In this document: positions 47,406-60,676 of the stretch, piece by piece
Position numbering within the stretch: the stretch's first letter is position 1
Layout: each line of letters starts with the position of its first letter
NCBI GenBank assembly: GCA_013239625.1
Contig: MU053823.1
Location: 751,565-815,564, forward strand
From: Lama guanicoe
Lineage: Eukaryota
DNA: 64,000 nt
Reading direction: 5' to 3'
The notes under the pieces: generated by a model
The model's database searches: none
Told to the model about the DNA's origin: nothing
What the model saw: only the letters and a program-made list of their open reading frames with translations
Translations under genes and position numbers: made by a program

Positions 47406-49763
47406 AGAGGAAAATGGGAACTACAATGCAGTGAGGTGAGTGAGGAGAACTGATTCATCATTGCTCAAAACAGTTACAGTTCTTGTGGAAATTGAGAACT
47501 CCTCTGGTATTAGAACAAAAAGAAAGGACGTACATGCACATACATTTCCATATATGTATATATTTGTGTGTGTATGTATATCCACACTCAGAATATGCAA
47601 TAACTTTTTATAAATATTTCTTATCCATCTCTGAGTTGCATAAGTATTTTCTAAGCAATCACAGTGCTACCTCATAGAGCTAAGGAGAAGATGGGTAAAT
47701 AAATATGAATAAATCTTCTAAAGCACTGTAGGAGTCATTTCAGGAAAGAGGCAGGACACACCCACAGCTGTGTGATGCATGCTATGGTAGAGACAGAATG
47801 CAATACTGCAGGAATATGGAGAGCTGGCCTAAGACACTTCAGGGAGATTGTGCAAAAAATGTGACGTTCAAGTTAAACGTCAGATGACTGCGAGATAGAT
47901 CATTGTAAGGAAAGGACGCGGCGTATACAAAATGTGGCACAGGAAAGAGCCACACCTTTGGGGAACGGTAAGAAGTTCTTCCCTCAGAAACATATACTGA
48001 AAATATTTATGGTAACCAGTGGCAACTTGAGCACTGAAGATACAGAGATAAGAGAGGTTGAAAAGGCATGATTGCTTACTGGAAGATCTCACAGCCTGTG
48101 GGGGGAAGTATGGAGACTCTGCAGAGAGAGAGAAATGGTGAGAATCTAGGCTGAAAAGTGTGGAGCCCAATAATGAGTGGTCTTATCTGCTGTATCTCAT
48201 GTTCATATTGTATTCTAGGGACAGATGGGGGGATGCTTTAGAAGATTAATTTGGGACAAGACACAATCAGATTTTCATTTTATAATTTGCTTTCATGAGG
48301 AAAGTGTAACAAAAGAAAAAAAGTGAATAAGGCAAGAAATTTGTTAAGTTATACACCAAAAAGAAAAGAAGGGGAAGCAAGTTAGTGGGTACATTTTCCT
48401 GGTTCTTTTAAAAAACAATTTTGGGAGGACTATACATTAGAAATGATATATGACAAAAGTATGTTTTTTGGTAGAAATATTGTATATGTTATATGAGAAA
48501 TATAGATTGAGACAAAGGATAAAAGTTGGAATTCTTAAAAGTATATAAATGTAGAGTGTTAATATCATATATATATATACATGTACACTTAGAACTGTTG
48601 TAAATTGTATATAGCTAAAAAAGTGTTAATATGTGTATATAAATTATATATACATGTTGTATACATATATATATGCCAATATTAATATATAAGCCAATTA
48701 TTAAGAGAAAGACAACATCTAATAAATAACTAGGCAAAGTCACAAAAAGCCAATCCACACAAAATGAATTTTAAATGACTAATAAATATTTTTAAAATTC
48801 TCAAGTAGTATGTCTGGGCAATTCAAAGTGAGATTAACAATGAGATATTGCTTTATACAAATTAGACCAACAGAAATTTAAAACAGCACCAATATTTATT
48901 GTTGGTGGGGACACAGAGAAAAATGTGATTTCAAACACTGCTGCTGGAAATGAGAGGTGTGGTAGCCTTTGGTGAAAGCAATCTGGAAACTTCCATTAAT
49001 TTTTTTAAAAAATGCCTCATGGATCCTTTGACTCAACAATTCTACTTACCCTTTAAAATTTCTTCCATACAGAGAAAGAAATTAGTATGTAAGAAGAAAC
49101 ATACAAGGATTCCCTTTTGCAGCCTTGTTAATAGTGCCCCAAAGCTGGAAACAAAGAGAATGCCAATCAGTGGGGTAGTGGCTGGAAAGATTATGGTGCG
49201 GCCAATCAAAAAAGGAAAAGTCACAAAAGTGCTATAATACATTCTATTTATGTGTTACATTACTGAATATAATTAAACATAATGATTACATCTACAAAAT
49301 TACACATATGTATACATGTAAAGAAGTATTTTGAAAATCCTAACATTGTACACTGAGGACTTTGAATGAGTTTTGATGGATAATCTCAAACATACAAATA
49401 TTATTCTGATGTAATAAATATTGATTAAACTACTTTTTCCTTAAAGAGTAATCACCACTGAATCACTGCTTCAGAATCACATGGGTGTGCTTTTAAAAAT
49501 GGCATTTCTGCACTGTAATTCTCTGGAATAGAAATAATTCTTAGGTACACTGAGGTCTGAAAATTGTTGCATTTAAATTTTCTGTTCGGAGCAGTAGTAT
49601 GCTTTTTAATATATGTGAGTGAGTGAGAGTATGTGTGGGCATATGTGTTTCTGTGAGAGAGAGAATGTAATATAATACATTGTATCACATTATCATGTAA
49701 TTCTTCTATGTATGTTCATATGAAGAGGAAATAACATTTTTTCTGTTTACGTCTTTCGTTCAG

Positions 49764-49962
49764 CCTTGACGTTCCCTTGAGGAAGACCTGAACGACTGAA
49801 TGATCAAGAATCCACCTCGTACACTGAAGATTACAACACAGTCCTTTGTCTCCTAGTGTTCCAAAGACTGCTGCTGAATTTCTAAAAATTAAATTGGTGA
49901 ATGTGACTACTAAAAGTTGTGTATGACTTTCAAGGGTATTAAATAAAAAGGAATATTGCTGA
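49764..49962 (+). other. CD163: CD163 last (3'UTR) exon with polyA signal at 49942-49947
   Basis: tctttcgttcag|cctt acceptor; attaaataaa followed by GT/T-rich sequence. Confidence 0.75.
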
Positions 49963-50169
49963 TTTGAATTTATCTTAACTCCCTGTTCTTGGTTTTATGA
50001 ATTTCTGAATGGGTTTTCTGACTTGTTTAGGATTTCATAAATATAATATGAAGTCTTTTCATTTGACAGAGTTTTCATTTGCATATATCTTTTTCTAGTT
50101 TGGTAATAATAATTTTTTTCTTATAATCAAATTAAATTTATTTTTCCTTTAGTTTTTTTCCGTATAATC

Positions 50170-50910
50170 CTGTATATGTAGCATATAAAACAGAACAAGG
50201 CAAAAACCAAGCTCATAGATACAGACGATTGATGTTGCCAGAGGTGGGGAGTGAGGGGGTTTGGTGAAATGGGTGGAGATCAGAAGATGCAAACTTGGGG
50301 ATCTAATAACTATGGTTAATAATAAGGTACTGCACATCTGAGAGTTACTAGAATAGTGGATGTTAAAAGTTCTCATCACAAGAAAAGAAAATTTGTAACT
50401 ATGATGGATGTTATATAAAGGACTATTGTAGTGATCATTTTCATATTGTTCAGTGTTTACAAATATGGAATAATTATGTTGTACACCTGAAATTAATATA
50501 ATGTTATATGTTAATTATATCTCAATTTTTTCCTTTTTCAGTTTTATTAGGTAGAATTATTACAGTTGGACTGCACATACACATTATATTGCATATAAAT
50601 GCATATATACAGCATACTGCACTTTTTTTAGTTTATATATATGTGCTAATTATTGTTTCTAAGAACAGATAGATCTTTAGCTTTTTAAACTTACATAGGA
50701 ATAAAGCCAACTACAAAATAAGAATCAACAGAATGTGGTAGTCCAATCATAAAGGACAGTCACATGTGCTCATACATATTCAAGAAATCAAAATAATAAT
50801 TAGTTCATGTATGTCCTTATTATTATGTTACTATTTTTTTAGATTCCTCATACAAATGATGTCATATGGCATTTTTCTTTCTCTTTCCTGCCCACTTCAC
50901 TTAGAATCAT
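50170..50910. mobile_element. L1 3' end on + (to about 50525) abutting an L1-derived fragment on -
   Basis: aagttctcatcacaagaaaa...tgtacacctgaaattaatataatg; later tttagattcctcat...cttcacttagaat. Confidence 0.7.
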
Positions 50911-53900
50911 GGTCCTCAGATTTAAGAAAGTAAAAATCTTGGTTAGGAACATATTCTAAAGTATGTCTTATTTTAATTTCTGTATGTAGCTTCATTTTTA
51001 TTCATCAGCCTACTCCGCGTGGAAGTGTGGTCTGAAACAACCTGATGAGCAGTCTGAAGGGCTTGGTGACTTTTCCTTGGATCAGTCACTGTAATCAGGG
51101 AGATGCGGGCTTGTAAGAAGACCCCAGCTCTAATCATTAACATATCAAACATGAAGGAGAGAAAGAAACTTTCCCAAAGAACCAGGGGAGGACGGATGTA
51201 CAGGTGCCTTAGAACAGAAGACAGTCACTGTGAGCTGAAAAGCCATTTCTGGTTTTCCACCAAATCTTTTATATCATTTTAAATAGGTGTTTTCCAAACT
51301 AATTTGATGACTAAACTTTTTTTTCACATTATTATTAGCCTTAAAAATTAATTTTCCAAGGACTCCATCTGAAACAGTTTCACAGATTATAGAATATTTT
51401 CAAACATGTGTTTTTCTGTTCTCATGGTGACACCAGCAAAACTTTCACAGAAAATCCAGCTTTGAGCAATGTAATTTCCCTCTGATCCCTTTAACATAGG
51501 CTGTTGTAATATACGTGCTAAAGTAAACAAACCTGGTGACGTTATTTTACCTTTTGAGTTAAATCCGTATACATCTCTTAATGTAAGATGTGAACCTTTT
51601 GGAAAGTTTGGGGTGGCAGTTTAGACTTCCTCTTGTTCGGCTGGAGTTTTCAGGCAGATTCTTTAACTTCCTCTGGTGTCCAGCATCCTAATATGATAAG
51701 GAAGTAGCAAAGAAAAAACAGCTTCAGCGTTTATAATGACTTCTGCTTTCAAGTGCCAGTAACTCAGTTTCCTGGTCTTATTTCTAAGGAACAAACCTGT
51801 TTCCACATTATAAGTACATCTCTGGGGGCATATAGAAAAGGGCCCAGGAATTATTTCTTAAGATTCAGGAAGAGATAGTCTCATGATAATGTTACATCAA
51901 AACTCTTGGCATATGGGTAAGGGTTTGTTTTTATTTTGCCCTGTCATTCGAGAGAGAGCGGGCATGGTAGGAGTATGTATGTTAACAGATAGACATAAAT
52001 ATTATGCATCAGGGACAGAAACAGGGAGGAAATTAGAAATATAAAAAATACTGGAAGTTTCATGGAGCTTAGAGTGCCAGCAATATTGGAGGCAGAATTC
52101 AAATCCCCCCCCCAAAAAAAGGGAAAATCGTTAATAAAAATAAAAATATATGGTAAAGACTGGAGATTAGAAGTCGTACAAGGACATGAAGTTGTGAAAA
52201 TGAAAATAAGGTATAAATGAGAAACTCACATTTGTTATTACCAAATGCCAGGTAGCGTAGTAAATGTTTCACATCATTTAAATTTAATTCTCACATGTAA
52301 CAGGATCTAATCCTGTAACATTTTCCTGGGATAAGAGAAGTTTTGTGCATTTTCCTTGACAGATGGAGGAATAATTCTTTTACTGCTTTGCTTCTACACT
52401 ATTATAGGTTTAAATCACTGACGTCATCTAACATTTCTCATAAGGGCATGGAATTCCATCTTGTTATATTCTGTTTCTACAGATTTTGGAAGATGCTGCC
52501 CTTATTAGAATCTTTTACCCACTGTGTCATTTACATCCTGCTCCTGAATTTCTGGTTTTTTTCTCTAGCTGCTTCAGTGAGTTCTTCAGAATGACTAGCT
52601 TGGGGCTTACACTCCCTCACCCCTCCTTTCTCCCACTCACTACCCAAGATAGCGACTCTGAGTTCAATAGAACATGTAAATGTAATGTTGGAAGTCTCAT
52701 AGAAAACTTACAGATTTTTAAACATAGTGTCTTTTGCAATTAGAAAAAGTTAAAAATTTGCAAAATGCGAAAATTAAAAAGAATTAAGCAAAATAAAGAA
52801 AACATACATAATATTAACTCACAGAGAAAACATACCTAAGAATTCAAAATACCAACTTCTGATACATAATCATATGAATACAAAATATTTTTTAAAAATT
52901 AGTTTTATACTATGCTACAGGTTATTATGTACACAGTCCTTTAACATTTTTATTACATCGTATATTCACTTGTAATGCAAAATTTTATCTGCGTACATTT
53001 CCTTCAACTAGAAATACTCAAATAGATTTAAGTGAAACCTTATGAGTGTACATTGCAGTTAATTAATTAAGTTTTAATAAAGTTATTTAATTAAGGTTAA
53101 TAATATTGTAGATAAACTGTATTTCATATTTCTGACACAAATTATCATTTTCCTAGATATTTCATGTTTTCTAAAAAAATTATTTCATGTCAAAATTATG
53201 AATATCATAGAGAAAATGTTCTTGCAGTTTTGTCCCCTTCCACTCATTCCATTTACTTATAGAGTTCTGTGTTGTTGAGAGAGGCCCATGAGAGTACAAG
53301 ATGGGTGCATGTTTTCTGCAGGGGTTTGCGGTGGTCTCTGGGAGGGCCCCTGGGGGCTGTTCCTCTGGCTGATTAGGGCGGATAATGGGGATTTCCATAA
53401 TTTTGCCCCTTTGAAGGGAATTTCTCAACTCCTGGAAGAAAATGGATGTCTACTGTCAGATCACTGATTCCGGTAGCAACCCCGTTTCCTACCTGTAACT
53501 GTGTATCTAGGGCCCAGGTCCCAGGAAGGAAAAAAATATAACATGTGCAAGTGGCTGTACGTCCAGTCAGCTTTTGAGAGTATGAATGTCAAACCTGGTT
53601 AGTTACTCAGTTAACTATCCATTTGCTGCTAACACTGTGCCAGTCTTATTCAGTCTCGTCAATACACTGTACGAAAGTTTCCATGTGCCCCATTTTATGG
53701 GGGAGAAGCCCTATCCTTAAGGAACAAAGCTAATAAGTAACAGAGCTGAGATCCTAAAAGCGTCAGTTAACCGCAGATCTTGGTTTCGTTTAATCTGGAC
53801 CGTTGAAATTGTACGTGAAAATGACTTGGGTGGTTTAGTTGGCAACAAGCTAAGTGAGTCAACAGTTTATTATCATTTCTAGGAAAGTAATTTGTTCTCA

Positions 53901-55184
53901 GTCTCTATTCATTCTTAGTTAACTGGCATTACATTTATAATATTTAATTCATGCCCTGGCTCCATCCTTTAAGATGTACTTGATAAAGATCTATAGATGT
54001 GGAAAAGGTGGATTAAAATGAGATGAGACGAAGAATCCAGGCATAGCAGAGGTCATTCAAGAATTCAAGGAAATGAATATTCATTAGATGAAAAAAAACT
54101 AGATGCAATCTGTAAAATGATTATCCTTTAATTAATGAAGAATGCAATCACCTCTAAAGAATTAACATAATAAGTCCTTATTTGGGTTAAAAAAAAAAAG
54201 AAAAAAACGGTGAAGGAAAAAGTGGAAAGCATGGAGAAACCTGGCAAACACTATCTGTACCAACTGTTCAAAGTCAGCAGAACCAGTAACGTCATTTTGA
54301 AATCCTGCGCCCACTGCTGTGACTCAATGAAAGGAAAACGTCACCTCAGCGGTGGTGTTCTTCCTCAAAACCCATCCTCACTTGAAAACAGCAAAGAAAC
54401 CCAAATTGCTGAGCTTTTTGCAAAATAAAGTTATAACAGATAATGACAGATCTAGAAATTGTCACAGATTGGAGGAGTCTAAGGAAATATGGTGACTAAA
54501 TGCAATGTGACATCTTAGATTGGATTACGGAACAGAAAAAAGATATTAGTGGAAAAAACAAAGAAAATCTAAAACAGATCTGCAATTTAGTTAATAGTAT
54601 TGTACCAATGCAAATTTCTGAGTTTTCATAAATATATCAGGCTTCTCAAGGAACGGAAGGAATTAAAAAAAGCAGAGCTCCAGGTCCCTCATTCCAGAAT
54701 GACAGATGAAGCCTTTCTCTGTGGCCCTGCCCTGATCTGCCAAAATTTCCATGTAGGTAATTCCAGTGTGATTAGTTTATCCCCATATGAGAGCGATTAT
54801 TGAGCTCCAAGAATTAAAGTCGGCAAAACCACACGTCTCATCTCACAGCTAAGAGGAAAAGAGAATATTCTAATCTGTAACTGAAATTGTATATTTTCTA
54901 CATTTCCTTCCAGCTCTAAATTTCTATGTATCAACAAGAAAATCTGCAGTAGCTGCCTCCTCACAGGTGATACCTAACTCACTGAAACTACTTATTTGTC
55001 AGGAAGGTCTTCAACTAAATTAATAGTGTCGAAGATCACTGTAAGCCCAACATGTCACAAGTGTGCCAATATTTTAGCCTCTAAATTGATTCCCTGCACT
55101 TCATCATACCTAGAGGGAGCGTGCGCGCCCGCACACACACACACATACACAATCATGTCAGTCTGAGGAACTGACATTCAAATT

Positions 55185-57000
55185 TGAGAAACATGGTCAT
55201 GGTAGCACAACAAGTGTGCAGCAGTTTCTGAGAACCGGGGCGGGAGGGTGGTGTAACCACAGAACCCGAGATTTGCCCAGCCTCTGTGAGGACACAGAGA
55301 AATGACAGAAATGCCTTGAAAAGGGCAAAGTGGTTGTGTGTGAGAGAGATAGTGGCCCACTCAAGTTCTCATGTCTCAGAAAAGACAGCTGTACTTTCCA
55401 TGGTCACTTAGAGAACCCCCGGTGACAAGCCTGTGTCTCTTTACCCCTCCATGAAAGAGATACCCCTTCACTCATCGCTGGAAAAGGAACAACTGCAGAC
55501 AAGGACACTCATTTGACTCCTTTGAGATCGTCACTTGGGGTACTGAGTTCTGACTTTGGACTCCTAAGGGCAAACGAGGGTCTCAGATTGTAGAAATTTT
55601 TCGTCTGCATTTGCCTCACTCAAGAACAGTGGCAGAGGTGAAGCAGAACATGGATTAGGGAAGTGGAGACATCTGTACAGATGACTGAGTGTTACAGTGA
55701 CTTCACGTGAAATTTGGGGCAATTCACTTAGTACATTATATATTCTCATTTATATAGTGGTGTGTTGGATTAGGCATCATGGTGGTTTAGTATTAAAACC
55801 ACCAGAAACATCACAGAAATAGAGAAAAAGGAGAAAATTTTCCAGAATGAAAACTCAGTTTGATAAATGTTCTCCCCAGAGAGAAGGCTCAGAGGCTCAG
55901 CTGAGAGGAAGGGAAGATCATGTGCAGAACGTGTGGGGCTGCCTCACTGAAACCACATTGGTGCGTGTTGTCTCAGATCATATGGGGCACGGACTGTGGA
56001 CCTGACAGAGCTGCCAGCTTTAACCAGAGGTGAAGGACAAGGAACACCAGCTGGCCTTCCCAGATGGCCCGTTTTTTTATAATATCGTCATCTTTACCCT
56101 TATCCACAGCATTATGCAGGGCGTATCTGTATCTGAGAATGACTAAGACTAAGTTCCCTGGGTCAGAGACAAATGTTTGGAAACCCTTTCCCAGGTGCCC
56201 AGGATCTACAGGGTCTCCCATATCCCTGCGCCTGGGCATTAATCTCAGCTCAGGCAGGGCCCTGAATTCTTCCTCATGCTCACAGGCATACCAGGAACAG
56301 ACTTCCCAGGCCTGTCCTCACCCATGTTCCCCAGGTATTTCCGTCATACCCGGAAATATAATTTTTAAAAACTCTTGGCCCAGGGTCATTTAAAGTCCTT
56401 TAAAGCCCAGAGAAGAGGAATTGTTTTCCCAGATCAGGTAGCAAGGAACATATTTTCCTAGTACCTTATACATTAATAGATCCCTTCTCTTCCTTCCATA
56501 TATACATTTTCTAGGCTCCACATTGAGATATTTCTTTATGTGTTCATCAACCTCCCTGAAGAAGGGGCAGACTGAGAAAAATGCAATGATAAGGATGGTC
56601 ATTGCAAGTAGGACAGATAGCCCCAAAGCCACACTCGGGTGTACCTTGGTGTCTGATTCAAACTCAAACATGAAGATGCCAATAAGGATAAAGGAATTCT
56701 CTGTCCCAGCTCTGTCACCTTCTACACGATCAGGATGATGAAGTCATAGAAACAATGGGAGAGATGAATATCTCAGTGGGAGCTGGCCAAGCCTTACGTG
56801 TGCCATAAAGGAAACACTGACCAAAATCAGATAGTTTCTTCCCTACAAAAGCCTCCAGGACCCCCGAAACACTAGCTTGTCTAACCTTGACCAGGAAGAG
56901 GGAAGACTCACACACATGTGTCCAGAATGAGTGTGTTTTCACTTTGGAATCATATCCACAGACAAAGGCCATGGCCTGTTTCCTTGGACTCTGCAAACTT
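55185..57000. repeat. Tandem duplication unit 1
   Basis: 55185-55730 closely matches 60404-60938; about 55800-57000 matches about 61490-62720 with lower identity. Confidence 0.9.
55472..56671 (-). pseudogene. Disabled copy of the small single-TM protein gene (exon equivalents 56671-56530, 56142-56051, 55563-55472)
   Basis: Exon 1 encodes 47 aa aligning without gaps to copy 2; donor 1 reads AT and donor 2 reads CT instead of GT; exon 2 is 92 vs 90 nt (expanded A run, frameshift). Confidence 0.65.
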
Positions 57001-57622
57001 AGAGCCAATTTTATTTAGAGAGAAAGACATTTAGCTGGAAGATGAAGAAAGATCAAGTGTTCCTGAACAGAACGTCCAGATCCTGCCGTCGAAGTTCCAG
57101 AATCCCGCGTCTTGGTGAACTTACTCGGCTCGGGAATGTGTGTCCCGCTGACTGCGGGAGTATCTCTCCAGTCACATTCGTCAGGGGAGGGAGCGGCTTC
57201 TTTTCTGAGTGCAATATGATGCTGCTTTCTGAACTAAACAGACTATTAGGCAGAGGAGTTTCTGTGAATGTCAGCATAATGTGCTCCCTCGGCCCTCAGC
57301 TGCGGCTCTGGAGACAGTGGGGAAAGATGAGGGAGAGGATTTCCACACTTGGAATTCATTTCTTAAAGGACGGACTCTCAGTATAGTACGTGGCCAGTGT
57401 TTGGCCCTGCTGACCCAGCACCCTGAAGAAACCTGCGGAGAAAAGAAATAGAAGTAGCTAAAGGAATCCTGGGTTGGGGTCGCCAGGTTTTCTGCTGAAG
57501 GTAAACCGAGAGCTCCCCTTTGCACTAGAGAGGCAACTGAGCTGCATTTCCTCTTGTCAGTTCCTCGTCCTTCCTGCCTCCTTGTGCGCGCTTCCTGAAT
57601 GGTAGGGGCTGGGAGACTGAGA

Positions 57623-57641
57623 ACTACATTTCCCACAAGCC
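57623..57641 (+). promoter_or_regulatory. ZNF143/THAP11-type promoter motif
   Basis: actacatttcccacaagcc matches ACTACAnnTCCCAnnAnnC; CpG-enriched neighbourhood with several CTTCCTG ETS cores. Confidence 0.65.
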
Positions 57642-58614
57642 CTTACGGGGGAATCTGAGCTAAGTTCCACCAGCGACAGGTTCTCCTATTAAGGGAGATA
57701 GAGTTTTGCAGGGGCCTCTGCACTTGCCTGAAAATTGTTAGCCTTGGTGTTGCAGCATCCTTTAGAAGTGGTTTCCTGGGGTTTTTGAAACTTCCTGATG
57801 AGGATTTTGTAAGCACATGATTTCCTGTTGTAAACCGCTTCCTGCTTTAAATACCTACAGGGCTTTCTGTCTGATGTCTGATTTTAGAGTCCTGGGTCTC
57901 CTTGAAATAACTTAACCTTTAGAAGAATTACGTTTCGGGGAGCAGGGCAACAGGGCTTTAGAGTTGTATCCTCTCATTCCAAAGTAGTGAATGAGGCAAC
58001 ATTTGTAAGAAATCTGTTTGGCAGGTTGTAAGGAAGAAAGAAACAAAGAAACAAAGAAAGTGAAAGAAATTAAACTCGGTAAGAAATACCAGAAACAGGA
58101 ATAGAAGAGACATGCACAAGCTCAGAGATGAAGAAAACAAAAACATTATTTAAAACATTTTAAAGCAATCAGGATATTAAAAAAAAGAATCAATAAGATG
58201 TAATAAATAACATACGAAAAAGAGAATAAAAATAAAAAAGAAGAAGTGTGTCCCCAGAAACTGCAAGAGCGCCTATGAAGAGAAAAATTATATACAAACA
58301 CCAAAGTGACACCCCCTCCCCCAAAGAAACAGGTGCAGACAGAAAGGACCGATATCCTGCGGACATTTTGAGTATCTTCTTAGTAGACGTCCATATGGTT
58401 TTACAAGCACTGAAATGAATCGGGACTTCAACAGTTCTTTGTCACGAATTATTATCATTATTAGACAACAAAAAGACTTTTCCAGACCATTTTAACTTTT
58501 CATCCAATGCAGAAATTCCTCCCCTAACTATTCTGAGAGGTAGCACCAGAATTTTCTACTGATCATTTCTTTCATTTCAAAACAACTTATTCCACGTCTC
58601 CAGCCCAAGTATCT

Positions 58615-58770
58615 TTCTCCTCTTTTCCCGTCCACCTCTGTTCTCCCCTCCTTCCCTTCCCCCAACTCCTTCCTCTTTTTCTTTCTCCTTCTCCAATCTT
58701 ACCCTTCCTCCTTCTCTCTCTTCCTCTCCCTCCTCCCAACCCCCCTCCAGTTCCTTACCTACTTCTCCAA
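58615..58770. repeat. Polypyrimidine (CT-rich) low-complexity tract
   Basis: Almost entirely C/T on the + strand. Confidence 0.85.
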
Positions 58771-60676
58771 CTGGAGGAGGTTCCAGGTAGATGCCTTAGT
58801 GACCCGTGAGGACAAATATATTGCACTTGGTTAAGAGAGGTGAACAGAGGGGTAAGCAGGTAAATGTGACAGGTAAAGATGAGAGAGAATAAGGTACAAG
58901 AATTTACATGAAGAGAAAACCTGATGTGGGAGTGGAGAGATAAAGATTAGTTTCACCTGATAATAAAAAATGTTTGGGGGCCATGAAGTTTTGGGTAGAA
59001 AAAAAATCTATAGCAATTCCTTCCCCATGCGTCTCTATGCATTTATCTCCATAGTCCACTCTCAGGTGGGAGAGGAGATGAAACTGATGTAAGAAAACCA
59101 TGCAATCTGGACGGAACATTTTTGAGGTCTTCAGATGAGTTTGCTCTGTGATCACCTTAGGGAGAGAGAGAAAGTCTCAGCTGTGATCCTGGATTAAGTG
59201 ACTGCTTCGTCTTACAGGGACCATGAGCTTCTCCCCCACTGTAAGAACGACTACATAGGCTGCTTTAGGAGAATAAGTCACTCACCTAGGATTCCACCTG
59301 AAAATAGGAAATTTGCTTGAGATTTGGATTGACTAAAAGTAGTTGAGTGTAAGAAACTCCAAGTTCAACAAAAAATTCCTAGTAGACAGAACTTTTCTGA
59401 GAGTCTCAAAATATTTATTATCTTTTTTTTCAGTATAAACACAGATAATGAGAGTCTTAGAAGCCCCCTCCCATTTGGGATGTGACGTCACAGGCTCATT
59501 GCAGTCTCAGCCACTCTCAAACTGATGGTCCAGGGGAACACATCTCAGCGTCATACTCCCCGGGCTCTCTTGCCACCCTCACGAATAGTGGGGGATCTTT
59601 TCGCATCCCATCTCTGTCTCCTCTGAGAACTTCTCTCCTGGGTGGCTCCAGGGGACATTCTGAAACAAGAAGAAAATTGCTTGGTTCTACCTGTGACCCA
59701 GAAGAATGACAACACCCATTTTAGAGAGCAAAAACAATGGAAGAGATGCAGGGTATAAAAATTTCTGTTCATCATAAAACGTTCAGAGCAATCCCTTTAG
59801 GACAGGACTATATGAGTCTTGTCCCATAGTCTGGGAAATACTTGTCGTAAGAGATTATTACTTCTCAAGGTGAATATACAAGACATGGAAGGAAGGAAAT
59901 CACAGCTCCAAAATCGTCATTCCTCGGTGACAGACTGACCTTCTCTGTGATGTTGTCCTGGTTCCCCAAATAGCTATGCAGAGAATCCCAAACTTTGTAA
60001 TAGTTGTTTATATAATGCGAGTTCTTACGTGAGTTATAAAAAAGTCCTTTCCAAAAGGCCCATAACTTTCACCTTACACAGCAAAAAGAAAATGATAACT
60101 TTCTCATCTGCTAATTAATGATATTATCGCTGATACTTCCTACATTAGCTCTAATGCTTCTCTCTCTAAGGTTCTGTGAGTTTCTAAAGAAATCTGGGAA
60201 AATGCTCTCCTCATCTCACCCAAGACTTTATGTATCTGTAAGGAAGGTCAATCTGCTGTATTGGGGGCAACGGTCATCACAAGGCAGGAAATGTCACAAA
60301 AATATTCACATTTTGGCTTTTCACCTGACTCACCACACTTTGGTTTACCTGCAGAGATAGTGCGAAAACAACCTGACGGCCCGTGGGACTAGCACTCACA
60401 TCTGAGAAACACGGTCATGGTAGCACAGCACGACTGAGAACCGGGGCGGGAGGGCGGTGTGACCACAGAACCCCGAGGTTCACCCAGCCTCTGTGAGGAC
60501 ACGGAGAACTGACAGAACTGCCGTGCAAAGGGCAAGATGGGGGTGTGAGAGAGAGGGGGGCCCACTTAGGTTCTCAGGTCTCAGAAAGGACAGCTGTACT
60601 ACCCGTGGTCACTTAGAGAACTCCCGGTGACAAGCCTGTGCCTCTTTACCCCTCCACGAAGGAGATACCCCTTCAC

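Noticed and set aside
52297..52321. Small inverted repeat tgtaacaggat-cta-atcctgtaaca
   Set aside because: Short and imperfect; expected by chance in 64 kb.
56390..56671. MAGE-like resemblance (GL..L plus EPRK)
   Set aside because: Spacing does not fit the MAGE domain, YEFLWGPRA is absent, and the paralogue lacks EPRK.
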